A stretch of DNA of 64,000 nucleotides from Candidatus Bipolaricaulia bacterium (GTDB lineage: Bacteria; Bipolaricaulota; Bipolaricaulia; JBHIAT01), in contig JBHIAT010000001.1 in the NCBI GenBank assembly GCA_046758705.1, forward strand, positions 3,963 to 67,962. The letters run 5' to 3'. Under the pieces are notes generated by a model, which saw nothing but the letters and a program-made list of their open reading frames with translations, ran no database searches and was not told where the DNA came from. Every line of letters starts with the position of its first letter. The first letter of the stretch is position 1. A program made the translations under genes and the position numbers. Below, piece by piece: positions 37,479 through 47,035 of this stretch.

Positions 37479-38648
37479 TCAATCCCGAATCGGATAGATT
37501 CGCGTCGTATCCATAAAGTGTGTGAAGATCTCGTGTCCGGTCTCGGTGATCACCAACTGATCCTCGACGTGAAGGCCCACATCGTGCGGGACGTAGTGAA
37601 CCGGCTCGATGGCCATGACCATTCCTGGGGTCAGTGCCACGTCAGTATGAGCATCGATGAACGGCGCCTCGTGGACACTCAGACCTAGCCCATGGCCCAA
37701 GAAACGCAACGGCTGAAGTCCTTGGGATTGTGCGGCCCGATCGTACATTGCGTATAGGGTTCGGGTGCTTACGCCGGGCCGGATCTGTTCGAGAATTTTC
37801 TCATAGATCTCAACGATTCTCTGATACAGGCGAGCGTGTTCGGCGGCGGGCTCACCCACCACAGCTGTCCGAGCACAATCTGAAAAATACCCGTCGTGGG
37901 TGCCCAACAGGTCGATCTTGACGATGTCGCCGGGCTGAAGCACACGGTTCGTGGGGGGAGCGTTGGGATAGCTGCTTCGCTCTCCGGCTCCCACGATGAG
38001 CAATCGCATCTCATCCCCACCGCGACTGAGGAATTCCTGGGTAATCAGCATGCCCAGCTCCCGCTCCGTCATCCCCGCCGATGCCTGATCAAACGCAGCC
38101 TGAATCGCTTGTTCGGCGATGCTCGACGCCTGTCGCACCCGCTCGACCTCACGGGGGGTCTTTACCATGCGCAGCTGACGGTACAGAGGGGCGATATCCT
38201 GAAACTGGGCGCAGGGCAACCGCTCGCGCAACTCCTCATAGTCCTGTGCCGGCATGAAGTCCAACTCCAGGCCCAACCGTCCCCCGCCCAGGCCGCGCTC
38301 AGCCACCAGACGGCTCAGCACCTGCATCGCCGTCTCCGTATGCTCATCGTAGGGGCGGATCTCGATCTGATCGTCGTCTATATTCGCCTGCAGAAAACCT
38401 TGCTCCACAGTCACACACACGACCGCGGGCGCCCCCTCTTTCGGCACCAAGACCACCACACGCCGTTCTCGTATCAGCTTTTGCGAGGGCACCGTGACCC
38501 CCAACGTGTAGGTCACATTATCGATCGACATCGCTACGATCGCGTCCAGCCCGTCGCGTGCCATGGTCTCCTGCTGCTTGTCGATAATCGCGGGATCGAG
38601 CGTCGATGACACGGGTGGACCCCCTTTCCCACGTTTTCTGTTTGTCAA
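37479..38648 (-). CDS. M24 family metallopeptidase (Xaa-Pro dipeptidase/creatinase-like)
   Basis: HGLGLSVHEAP motif and pita-bread fold signature residues. Confidence 0.8.
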   Translation of the reverse strand: MTNRKRGKGGPPVSSTLDPAIIDKQQETMARDGLDAIVAMSIDNVTYTLGVTVPSQKLIRERRVVVLVPKEGAPAVVCVTVEQGFLQANIDDDQIEIRPYDEHTETAMQVLSRLVAERGLGGGRLGLELDFMPAQDYEELRERLPCAQFQDIAPLYRQLRMVKTPREVERVRQASSIAEQAIQAAFDQASAGMTERELGMLITQEFLSRGGDEMRLLIVGAGERSSYPNAPPTNRVLQPGDIVKIDLLGTHDGYFSDCARTAVVGEPAAEHARLYQRIVEIYEKILEQIRPGVSTRTLYAMYDRAAQSQGLQPLRFLGHGLGLSVHEAPFIDAHTDVALTPGMVMAIEPVHYVPHDVGLHVEDQLVITETGHEIFTHFMDTTRIYPIRD

Positions 38649-39760
38649 CTTCCTGCACGCCCTTCTTGCAGGTAGCGGTTGAGTTCATCACGAGACATCC
38701 CAGCCACGCCGAGCTTCTCCGCGTTCAGCCCCACTTCGAAGTAATCGGTGTCGTTGGCCAGGGATGCCAGTCGGATGAGGGCTTCCATCGTCGGGACCGA
38801 CACGCCGGCCAGCCGGGCCAGCGCACGCATCGGCACCAGACCGAATCCGATATCCTCTTCGATGTAACGTCCTTCCAGATGGGGAGGCGATTTAATGTAT
38901 CGGTTGGGGGTACTGTCCTTCAACGCTTCGTAGATCGATCCGGCCTGCCAGGCGCGGCGTGACGTGTAACCCACACGATAGAAGAAATCTAGAAACGCAG
39001 GCGTCTTAAAACCGAACGCTTCTGTGATCCGGCGCCGTTCTTCGTCGACCTTGTCGATCACCCGAGCTACGGCCGGGGTGGTCCCTTCATAGTAGTAGTA
39101 GAAATCGCCCCGTGTGTGCTCAATCCAGCCCGCATTCAGGATCATCCCCGGTGGGTGCAGCACCGCATTCAGATTGGTCAAGCTTGTGACCAGGACGTGA
39201 TCGACCGGTTCGGCAGCCGGATAGAACCGTCGAAAGCGTTCGAGGGTCAAAGATAACTGTTTCGCAGGCAATGCAGCCAGCATGAGGTGCTGAGCCGCAG
39301 CTGTAATGTTGACCCGGCTCGGCGAGGCCATCCGGCAGACATAGGTCAGTGTGTTCAATTCGGCGACCGTCACCGGGGGAGCTTGGTGCTCGGCCAAGAC
39401 AGAGGCAACGTGCAACGCTCCCCCGGTGCTTCCCGGGTTTAAAACGATCAACTGATCCGGCTTAACCGATGATGCTATCCGCTCAGCATAGAACCGATGA
39501 CCGGTGGCCGGCACGGTGATCAAGATAAGATCGGCTCCATGGATTGCCTCGGCTACATCTATAGTGATTCGCTCCACAGGTACGAACCCCTCACCCAGGC
39601 CCCCCTGGAATTCTACGCCCCCCCGGCGAACGAGTGGCTCCAGGCGCTCCCTCGATCTGTTACAGAGGGTGACGTTGAAGCCGCGCAGCGTCAGATCGGC
39701 AGCGGCGGCACAACCTCCGTTACCCGCTCCCAGTATCGCCACGTCAATCCGGCTCATCAC
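38645..39760 (-). CDS. NAD/NADP octopine/nopaline dehydrogenase family protein
   Basis: N-terminal Rossmann VAILGAGNGGCAAAADL and C-terminal opine-DH-like helical domain. Confidence 0.6.
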   Translation of the reverse strand: MMSRIDVAILGAGNGGCAAAADLTLRGFNVTLCNRSRERLEPLVRRGGVEFQGGLGEGFVPVERITIDVAEAIHGADLILITVPATGHRFYAERIASSVKPDQLIVLNPGSTGGALHVASVLAEHQAPPVTVAELNTLTYVCRMASPSRVNITAAAQHLMLAALPAKQLSLTLERFRRFYPAAEPVDHVLVTSLTNLNAVLHPPGMILNAGWIEHTRGDFYYYYEGTTPAVARVIDKVDEERRRITEAFGFKTPAFLDFFYRVGYTSRRAWQAGSIYEALKDSTPNRYIKSPPHLEGRYIEEDIGFGLVPMRALARLAGVSVPTMEALIRLASLANDTDYFEVGLNAEKLGVAGMSRDELNRYLQEGRAGS

Positions 39761-40923
39761 GCCTCCTGTTCCCGATACCGACCAAGCTTGTCTTCGTCCA
39801 CCTCAATCCCCAGACCCGGTCCGTCGGGCACTCGCAACATTCCATCCTGGTATGGGAATGGCTCGGTGATCAGATCATCGGTGTAAAAGCGACCGGCGAC
39901 CTCGGTCTGCTCCTGGCCACCTACGGTGGTGTTGGGGATAACACAGGGCACGGTGACTGCCGGACAGGCAGCGGCTAAGTGCAGGTTGGCCGCATTCCCG
40001 ATCCCAAACTCCGCAGAGCCCCCGACGTCACAGGCCAACCCTGCAGCCTGAGCTACGGTGGCGACCTGCCACGCTCGATACAACCCTCCGGCTTTGGCCA
40101 CGTACAGTGAGATAAATGGGATCATTCGGGCCTGTCTCAATCGCAGCACATCCTGCGGGGTCCACACGCTCTCGTCGGCCATCAAGGGAGTGCGAACCTG
40201 CCGCGCCACCTCCATCATCTCCTCGATGTCCTCGACCGGCTGTTCAGCGAACCAGATTCCGTAACGCTCCATCCGGTTGATCGTCTCCACCGCAACCGGA
40301 ACCGTGTAGCCCTGGTTGCCGTCGACCCGCAGACGCACCTCTGGTCCCACCGCGTCACGAACCTGTCTGACGACCTCGACATCGCGGGCAGGATCGGCTC
40401 CGACTTTGAGCTTGATGGTCGTGATCCCCTCGGCCACCACCTGTTTAGCCTCCTCAACTGCCGGGGCGACGTCCATCAGTCCGATGCTGTGACCAATAGG
40501 CACCCACTCTCGGTAGCGTCCACCCAGCAACTCGTAAACGGGCACGTTGAGCGCCCGGCCTTTGATGTCGTGGAGCGCCATGTCTATGGCCGCCTTGGCG
40601 TACGGATGGCCTTTGACCGCTTTGTCCATGCGACGATGTACCCGGTTGATCGCCAGAGGATCCTCGTCACACACGGCGGGGAAGAGAACCTCTTGGATGA
40701 TGTGGCGGACGGTTTCAGGCGTCTCGCCATAGTAGCGCATGTGGCCGCCTCCCCACTCGGGCAGGGCGGCCGCCTCTCCCCATCCGATCAGACCCTCGTC
40801 GGTGTGCAGGCGCACCACCACGTACCGCTGCCCCACGGCGCCGCGCAGGCCGGATGTGGCCCAAAGGTGAACGCGACGGCTCGGCAACGCCACCACCCAA
40901 CTGTCCACGTTGACGAGTTTCAT
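39757..40923 (-). CDS. mandelate racemase/muconate lactonizing enzyme family (enolase superfamily)
   Basis: KLKVGADPARDVEVVRQVR...RVDGNQGYT metal-ligand region. Confidence 0.75.
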   Translation of the reverse strand: MKLVNVDSWVVALPSRRVHLWATSGLRGAVGQRYVVVRLHTDEGLIGWGEAAALPEWGGGHMRYYGETPETVRHIIQEVLFPAVCDEDPLAINRVHRRMDKAVKGHPYAKAAIDMALHDIKGRALNVPVYELLGGRYREWVPIGHSIGLMDVAPAVEEAKQVVAEGITTIKLKVGADPARDVEVVRQVRDAVGPEVRLRVDGNQGYTVPVAVETINRMERYGIWFAEQPVEDIEEMMEVARQVRTPLMADESVWTPQDVLRLRQARMIPFISLYVAKAGGLYRAWQVATVAQAAGLACDVGGSAEFGIGNAANLHLAAACPAVTVPCVIPNTTVGGQEQTEVAGRFYTDDLITEPFPYQDGMLRVPDGPGLGIEVDEDKLGRYREQEA

Positions 40924-40963
40924 GGTGCCATATGATAAGTTATACTAATGTTGGATTGCCAAT

Positions 40964-41752
40964 ATGAACATGAATAACTCGGACGATCTTGCCGACAAAG
41001 TCATCCTGGTGACTGGATCGAGGCGCGGGATCGGTCGGGCGATCGCCGAGAGCTGCTGTGCCGCCGGTGCTCACGTCGTCGTCCACTCCAGAGATCTGGA
41101 AAAAGCCCAACAGGTGGCCGAACTCCTTCATCAACAGGGCGGAGCAGCGACTTCATTCGTCGCCGATCTCCGCCGACCCGATGAAATCCGCCAGTTGTTC
41201 GCCCACATCCGCACCGAGCTCGGCCGTCTCGATGGGCTCGTCAATAACGCCGGAATCGCCATTGTCAAGCCATCATCGCAGTTTAGCGAGGAGGATTGGG
41301 ATCAAGTCTTCGGTGTAAACGTCAAGGGAATGTTTCTCTGTTGCCAACAGGCCTTTACCCTGATGAAAGAGAAAAACACCGGAGGCCAAATCGTGAATAT
41401 TTCATCTGCCCACGCTGAGATGGCCGTTCCCAACAGGGCGGTCTATGCAACGAGCAAGGCGGCCGTTCACCATCTGACGCGCTGTCTCGCTGTGGAGTGG
41501 GCACCGTATGGCATCCGTGTCAACGCGGTCGCTCCAGGTTTTGTCAGAACCGAGCAAATCGCTCACCTGATTGAGCAGCACGAACCTCAATTGATCCGTC
41601 GCACGCCCCTCAGACGCTTGGCAGAGCCTCGGGACATCAGCGAGGCCGTGCTCTTCCTGCTCTCAGATCGAGCACGCCATATCACCGGTGAGGTGTTACG
41701 GGTGGATGGAGGCTGGGTGCCTTACGGTCATTGGGAACTGCCCAACGATTGA
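40964..41752 (+). CDS. SDR family NAD(P)-dependent oxidoreductase
   Basis: VTGSRRGIGRAIA Rossmann motif; YATSKAA catalytic Y-x3-K. Confidence 0.8.
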   Translation: MNMNNSDDLADKVILVTGSRRGIGRAIAESCCAAGAHVVVHSRDLEKAQQVAELLHQQGGAATSFVADLRRPDEIRQLFAHIRTELGRLDGLVNNAGIAIVKPSSQFSEEDWDQVFGVNVKGMFLCCQQAFTLMKEKNTGGQIVNISSAHAEMAVPNRAVYATSKAAVHHLTRCLAVEWAPYGIRVNAVAPGFVRTEQIAHLIEQHEPQLIRRTPLRRLAEPRDISEAVLFLLSDRARHITGEVLRVDGGWVPYGHWELPND

Positions 41753-41762
41753 GGAGGATCCC

Positions 41763-42749
41763 ATGAAGGTCGGTCTTGCCTTCGATGGAACGTTGTCCAC
41801 CCCGGAGATGGTGGAGATCGTGCGACTCGTAGAACAGACAGGACTGGATTCGATTTGGATGGCGGAGGATTTCTTTTATCGAGACTCCGTCAGCACGGCA
41901 TCTGCCTTCATGGCCCACACCCAACGGATCCAGGTCGTCCCGTTCTTCACCGCGTACACACGACATCCGGTCATTTCGGCGATGACGCTGGCCGCGCTAG
42001 ACGAAGGGGCCGGGAGAGAACGGCTCATGATGGCATTGGGCACGGGCAGTCCCCTGAGTTTGCGACAGATGGGAATCAACCGAGAACGTCCTCTAACCCG
42101 GATGCGCGAGTACGTGGAGATCGTTCGCGCCCTGCTGGACGGACAGCGACTGAGGTACGATGGGACGGGTTATCGGATAGACGGCGTGCAACTAGACTTC
42201 AAGCCTGCACGTCCGCGAATCCCCATCTACCTGGCAGCGATGCGACCCAGAATGATAGAGCTGGGCGGCCAGATCGCCGATGGTTTGTTGCTGTCGGCCG
42301 GGGCGTCGGCGCCCTATGTGCGGGCTGCAGCCGACCGTGCCCGTCGCAGCGCTCAAGCCGCAGGGAGATCCCAGGATGAGGTCGCGATGGCCAGCTTTCT
42401 GATCGCTTGCGTGACGACCACCGTTGATGACGATGTGTTAGAGGAGACCCGACTGACGATGGGCTACCTGCTGCGAAATCCCGGTTTTAAGGAGATCATC
42501 AAGCAGACCGGTGTATCGGTAGACCAACCGGCTTTTGAAACCGCTTATCAAGCCAGAGACCAGGAGCGCATCAAGCACATGGTGACATCGGAAATGCTCG
42601 ATGCCTTCGCGATTGTCGGCAGCTCGGAACACTATCACAAGCGTCTAGATGAGTTCCAGCAAGCTGGTTTGGATCATGCGGTGCTCCTCCCGGTGGGTGA
42701 TGCAAACGCCCACAAGGCCGTCGTCGAGGTGGCTGAGGCGTGGCGGTAG
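41763..42749 (+). CDS. LLM-class flavin-dependent oxidoreductase
   Basis: MKVGLAFDG...DSIWMAEDFF start typical of luciferase-like monooxygenases; ORF-track upstream extension overlaps SDR gene. Confidence 0.7.
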   Translation: MKVGLAFDGTLSTPEMVEIVRLVEQTGLDSIWMAEDFFYRDSVSTASAFMAHTQRIQVVPFFTAYTRHPVISAMTLAALDEGAGRERLMMALGTGSPLSLRQMGINRERPLTRMREYVEIVRALLDGQRLRYDGTGYRIDGVQLDFKPARPRIPIYLAAMRPRMIELGGQIADGLLLSAGASAPYVRAAADRARRSAQAAGRSQDEVAMASFLIACVTTTVDDDVLEETRLTMGYLLRNPGFKEIIKQTGVSVDQPAFETAYQARDQERIKHMVTSEMLDAFAIVGSSEHYHKRLDEFQQAGLDHAVLLPVGDANAHKAVVEVAEAWR

Positions 42750-42755
42750 CTTGGT

Positions 42756-43520
42756 ATGGAGCGATACGAGCGGCTGCGGGTGATTCAGGACGAGCTCAGG
42801 GATCCGGCGCACGGCGTCGCTCTCGATGAGGCAATCTCGGTGAGCGTCGCTACAGGAAAAATGTCGCCGACGGTCCGTCTGTGGCGCAATGAAACGACCC
42901 TGGTCGTCGGGCGGTTCGACCCCAAACGTCCCGGATTTGGGCGCGGGGTCGCCTATGCCCGTGAGCTCGGACTGACGGTGGTCCAGCGGATCAGCGGCGG
43001 CGGTGCGGTGCTCCACGAGCCGGGCTGCCTCAACTTCTCGGTCTCGATCCCCGAGCCCGAAGCGTTCATGGGTGTCAGGGAGGCGTTCGTGTCGCTCTGC
43101 GATGGGGTCATCCGCGGGTTGGAAACCCTGGGAATCTCTTGCGGCTTCGGCCGCGTCCCAGAGGCGTTCTGCGATGGATCACATAACCTGATCGTCAATG
43201 GGAAGAAGATCGCTGGCACCGCCCAGGCGCGCCGTAGAGGCTTTATCCTGGTCCACGGCACACTGTTCGTTGATGGTAACCTCGACCGGATGACCCGGAT
43301 CATCAACGGCTTCTACCGGTCGATCGACGAGGAACAAGCAGAAACACATGCCGACGCGGTGACCACCCTCTCCCGGGAGCTCGGTCGCCCAGTTTCCTTG
43401 GAAGAGGTCGCTGCGGCGCTGGCCGAAGGGTATCGAGCCATGGGAACGATCGAGTCGGGAACGGTCCTCAAGGGCGAGCTGGAGATGGCCAAGCTCCTGA
43501 AAGACGAGGTGCTCGTTTGA
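42756..43520 (+). CDS. lipoate-protein ligase A-like (BPL/LplA/LipB domain)
   Basis: RLWRNETTLVVGRFDP...RISGGGAVLHEPGCLNFS motifs. Confidence 0.65.
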   Translation: MERYERLRVIQDELRDPAHGVALDEAISVSVATGKMSPTVRLWRNETTLVVGRFDPKRPGFGRGVAYARELGLTVVQRISGGGAVLHEPGCLNFSVSIPEPEAFMGVREAFVSLCDGVIRGLETLGISCGFGRVPEAFCDGSHNLIVNGKKIAGTAQARRRGFILVHGTLFVDGNLDRMTRIINGFYRSIDEEQAETHADAVTTLSRELGRPVSLEEVAAALAEGYRAMGTIESGTVLKGELEMAKLLKDEVLV

Positions 43521-44434
43521 AAAAGCTTAATGAGCGATCGACGTCCGTCTTCTTGATCGTCAATCCGGTCGCTGGTCGGGGCCGGGCAAAGCGAGCGCTG
43601 ACCGAGATCGAGCGAGCGCTTGAAGCTCGAGGTATCCGATGTGAATCTGCGCTCACCAGGGCACCACAGGATGGCATCGTGCTCGCCCAAGACGCGTTGG
43701 CAACGGGGACCTCTCGAATCGTTGCTGTCGGCGGCGATGGCACCGTCAACGAGGTGGCGAACGGCATCGTCCGCTCCGGCGCCGGGGCTGAGGTCGCCTT
43801 AGGAATTATTCCTTTTGGGGTCGGCAACGACCTTGCCAGGGTGTTTGGCATTCCAAGAACGGTTCGCGGAGCGATCGAGGCCATCTGCCAAGACCGACGG
43901 ATCCGGATCGATGTAGGTCGAGTCAACGACCGATACTTTTTGAACCGGTTTGGGCTCGGAATCGACGCGGCCGTCGTGAACACCTACCGCCATATCCGCA
44001 TCGCCCGGGGATCGATCGTCCCGTACATCTACGCGGTCATCCGCGAGCTGCTTGCTTTCGAAGAAGGACCCGTAGAGATTCACACACCGGAGTGGCGCTA
44101 TCGGGGAGCTGCGTTTCTGGTCAACGCAGCCAACGCCCCGCACACCGGCAGATACTTTCGAATCACCCCCGACGCCCGGATGGACGACGGCCAGCTCGAT
44201 CTGCTCGTCATCGAGGAGCTCCCCCGCGCGGTGAGATTTCTCTATGTCCTCAAGGCCATGCGTGGCACACATCTCTCTCTCAAAAAGATCCATTTAAACC
44301 GCGTCCGCACCGTGGAGGTCAACGCTCCGACCCCCCTTCCTGCCCATATCGATGGGGATCTGATTGGGATTGCCGCCGGCCGTTTCACCGTGGAGGTCGA
44401 GCCGGGCGCGTTAACGGTGATCACCAACCGGTGA
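43517..44434 (+). CDS. diacylglycerol/lipid kinase family protein (YegS-like)
   Basis: LIVNPVAGRG and VAVGGDGTVNEVANG catalytic-domain motifs. Confidence 0.75.
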   Translation: MKKLNERSTSVFLIVNPVAGRGRAKRALTEIERALEARGIRCESALTRAPQDGIVLAQDALATGTSRIVAVGGDGTVNEVANGIVRSGAGAEVALGIIPFGVGNDLARVFGIPRTVRGAIEAICQDRRIRIDVGRVNDRYFLNRFGLGIDAAVVNTYRHIRIARGSIVPYIYAVIRELLAFEEGPVEIHTPEWRYRGAAFLVNAANAPHTGRYFRITPDARMDDGQLDLLVIEELPRAVRFLYVLKAMRGTHLSLKKIHLNRVRTVEVNAPTPLPAHIDGDLIGIAAGRFTVEVEPGALTVITNR

Positions 44435-44485
44435 TCCTGCGTTGCAGGGTCGCAGCCGATCGTGGTATGATGCGATAGGGAGCGC

Positions 44486-44983
44486 TCAGGAAGGTTTGGA
44501 CCGCCCTTCTTTCCCTTCCCCGTCTATATCCAGGATCTTCTCCAGTTCCCACTGGACCTCTCGCTTCTCTATCTCTTGGATCAGTTCTTCGATCTCCTGG
44601 TCGCGTCTGGAGATGGCCCGCGATACGATCGTGTAAAACTTCCTGATCTGGGCTTCGCTGAGGCCGGACCGCTTCAGGACCCCGTGGATCAGCTCGAACT
44701 CTAACGCCGCCCACGCCTTCATCGTCGTGGGCTCAGGCCATCCTTCGGCGATCCTGTTCTTCAACTCCTCCTGGAACATGCGCCAGAAACGCTCGTGCTC
44801 CTCCCAGTTGATCGCTATCAGCGCCTCCTGGATCGCCTCTCCGTCGCCGCCGAACCGGACGAAATCGGTGAAGTCCGCGAAGTTAAGGTCCATGGTCCCG
44901 TTCAATCCTGTTTGAGCTTGAAGATCTTCTCCAGCTTCCGGATGACCATGAACATAGTCCAGAAGCGCTTTTTTCGCTCCCAA
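44486..44983 (-). CDS. hypothetical protein
   Basis: 165-aa ORF, no recognisable motif. Confidence 0.3.
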   Translation of the reverse strand: MGAKKALLDYVHGHPEAGEDLQAQTGLNGTMDLNFADFTDFVRFGGDGEAIQEALIAINWEEHERFWRMFQEELKNRIAEGWPEPTTMKAWAALEFELIHGVLKRSGLSEAQIRKFYTIVSRAISRRDQEIEELIQEIEKREVQWELEKILDIDGEGKEGRSKPS

Positions 44984-45218
44984 TCGAGTTGGACATTCTC
45001 CAGTGCCGCTTCGATGAGATCGAGGTCAATGAAGCCCCATGGATACACAGTTGCCCCCCACAGATCGATGAGTCGAATCGCAACTTTACCGATTGAGACC
45101 TTAGACAGCCCCGTTGCCCGTTGACAACTCAGCAGCAGCTATTCTATACTCAGGAACAACCGGTGTAACATTACAAGTATTATATATCCAATAACGAGTT
45201 TTTGAAAGGGAGGTCCCC

Positions 45219-45362
45219 GTGGAGATCAAGCAGATCGAGGTCTATCGTATCTCCATCTCGCTCTCTTAACCGTTTGTCATCTCCCTCGGGGAGATCACCG
45301 CCAGCGAAGGAGTGATCGTCAAGATCAGCAACGATCGCGGTCAGATCGGCTGGGGGGAGCCC
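45219..45362 (+). pseudogene. N-terminal fragment of dipeptide-epimerase-like (enolase superfamily) gene with in-frame TAA
   Basis: GTG start with AAAGGGAGG SD; VEIKQIEVYRISISLS*PFVISLGEITASEGVIVKISNDRGQIGWGEP; TAA at 45267-45269 where paralogs have a residue; homology ends at ~45362. Confidence 0.6.
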
Positions 45363-45379
45363 GTCTGGCGTCTCCTCGG

Positions 45380-45730
45380 CGGGTATCACAGCGAACGACT
45401 CGAGACGGATTACACGGTCAACCACCCCACGGCTAAAGCCGGGAGCTTGCAGGAGAGATCTGCAAGCCTGGTTGACCAGGGAAAGCCGGGGAGCCTGGTA
45501 AGCGATGATCCGGCTACGTTAGGATGCAGGGTCACAGATCCACCAGCGGATGCTTCCTCAGTTCGCTGCTCTGGAAGGTCTGACTGTAGACAAGCGCAGG
45601 GGTACGCACGAAACAGGTCAAATCGGGGCGTAAGCCCACGCCCACCCAGCATCCAAACAGTCCCGAGGGGAGACTTCCGGGCCGCCAACTCGGAAGCGTC
45701 ACCCGCATCAGCGGAGCGGAGGTAACTCCA
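45380..45730 (+). ncRNA. candidate IscB omega-RNA scaffold (and IS left end)
   Basis: ~350 nt non-coding stretch immediately 5' of iscB with several stem-loops (e.g. gcttgcag-gagagat-ctgcaagc at ~45432-45456); position matches known omega-RNA location; boundaries not determinable. Confidence 0.35.
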
Positions 45731-47035
45731 ATGCAAAACCGGGTTTTTGTTCTGGACAAGCATAGCAGGCCCCTGATGCCAACGCATCCAGCCAGGGCAC
45801 GGCAGTTGCTCAAGCAAGGGCGGGCCGTGATTCACCAGCGTGTCCCGTTTACCATCCGGCTCAAGGATCGGGTAGACGGAGAGGGCCAACCGGTACGGCT
45901 CAAGATCGACCCCGGCAGCAAGACCACCGGCATAGCCATCGTGAGAGAGGACGGCGCCAGGGCCGAAGTTCTGCACTTGGCAGAGCTGTACCACAAGCAA
46001 GGTATCCGTAAAGCGATGGAGCAGCGGCGCAACTACCGCCGCCACCGGCGTTCGGCCAACTTGCGCTATCGGGCCCCGCGTTTCAACAACCGCGCCCGAC
46101 CCAAGGGCTGGCTGCCGCCGTCTTTGCAGGCGCGGGTAGATAACGTGTCGTCGTGGGTGAAGCGCTACCGCAGGCTTGTGCCGCTGACCGCCATCTCGGT
46201 CGAGATAGTGCGATTCGATACCCAGAAGCTCCAGAATCCGGAGATTTCCGGCGTCGAGTACCAGCACGGGGAGTTATTGAGTTATGAGGTGCGCGAGTAC
46301 CTTCTGGAGAAGTGGGACCGCAGATGCGCCTACTGCGGTGCAGAAGGCGTCCCGCTCCAGGTCGAGCATATTGTCCCATGCAGCCGGGGAGGCTCCGACC
46401 GGTTGTCTAACCTGACACTCTCCTGTGGCCCGTGCAACCAACGGAAGAACAACCAGACCGCAGTCGAATTCGGCCACCCAGAGGTTCAGGTGCAAGCGAG
46501 GCAGCCACTCAAGGACACCGCAGCCATTAACACGACCCGGTGGGCCGTCTACCGGGCGTTGGTGGCGAGCGACCTGCCGGTGGAGGTGGGAACAGGTGGG
46601 TGGACGAAGTACAACCGCACCCGCCTGGGATTACCCAAGAGCCATGCCCTGGACGCCCTGTGTGTAGGGGCGTCTACACCGGATAGGATTGCCGGGTTGG
46701 AAAAGGCAACAGTGCTGATCATCCAAGCCAGGGGGCGGGGGCAGTACCGGCGTACCAACGTGGACCGCTATGGCTTCCCCAGGGGGTATCTGGCCCGGCG
46801 GAAGGGGGTGGCGGGTTTTCAGACTGGTGACCTGGTGCAAGCCATCGTGCCAGGTGGGAAGTATGCCGGGACGCACGAGGGGACAGTGCAGGTGCGACAG
46901 TCAGGTTATTTTGACATCAGTCGAGACGGGAAGCGGATTGTGCAAGGGATTCATGCTCGCCACTTTCGATTGATACAGAGATTTGACGGTTATTCCTATA
47001 AGAGAGAAGGTCCGGTCCTTCCTCTCCATGCCTGA
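45731..47035 (+). CDS. iscB: IscB, IS200/IS605-family OMEGA RNA-guided nuclease (PLMP-RuvC-BH-HNH-RuvC)
   Basis: PLMP motif (HSRPLMPTHPARARQLLKQGRAV), RuvC-I IDPGSKTTGIAIV, Arg-rich bridge RRNYRRHRRSANLRYRAPRFNNR, HNH CAYCGAEGVPLQVEHIVPCSRGGSDRLSNLTLSCGPCNQRKNN, RuvC-III SHALDALCVGAS. Confidence 0.85.
   Translation: MQNRVFVLDKHSRPLMPTHPARARQLLKQGRAVIHQRVPFTIRLKDRVDGEGQPVRLKIDPGSKTTGIAIVREDGARAEVLHLAELYHKQGIRKAMEQRRNYRRHRRSANLRYRAPRFNNRARPKGWLPPSLQARVDNVSSWVKRYRRLVPLTAISVEIVRFDTQKLQNPEISGVEYQHGELLSYEVREYLLEKWDRRCAYCGAEGVPLQVEHIVPCSRGGSDRLSNLTLSCGPCNQRKNNQTAVEFGHPEVQVQARQPLKDTAAINTTRWAVYRALVASDLPVEVGTGGWTKYNRTRLGLPKSHALDALCVGASTPDRIAGLEKATVLIIQARGRGQYRRTNVDRYGFPRGYLARRKGVAGFQTGDLVQAIVPGGKYAGTHEGTVQVRQSGYFDISRDGKRIVQGIHARHFRLIQRFDGYSYKREGPVLPLHA

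Noticed and set aside
45410-46267. 285-aa minus-strand ORF
   Set aside because: Antisense to the omega-RNA region and iscB; no recognisable domain, whereas the plus-strand IscB has full motif set
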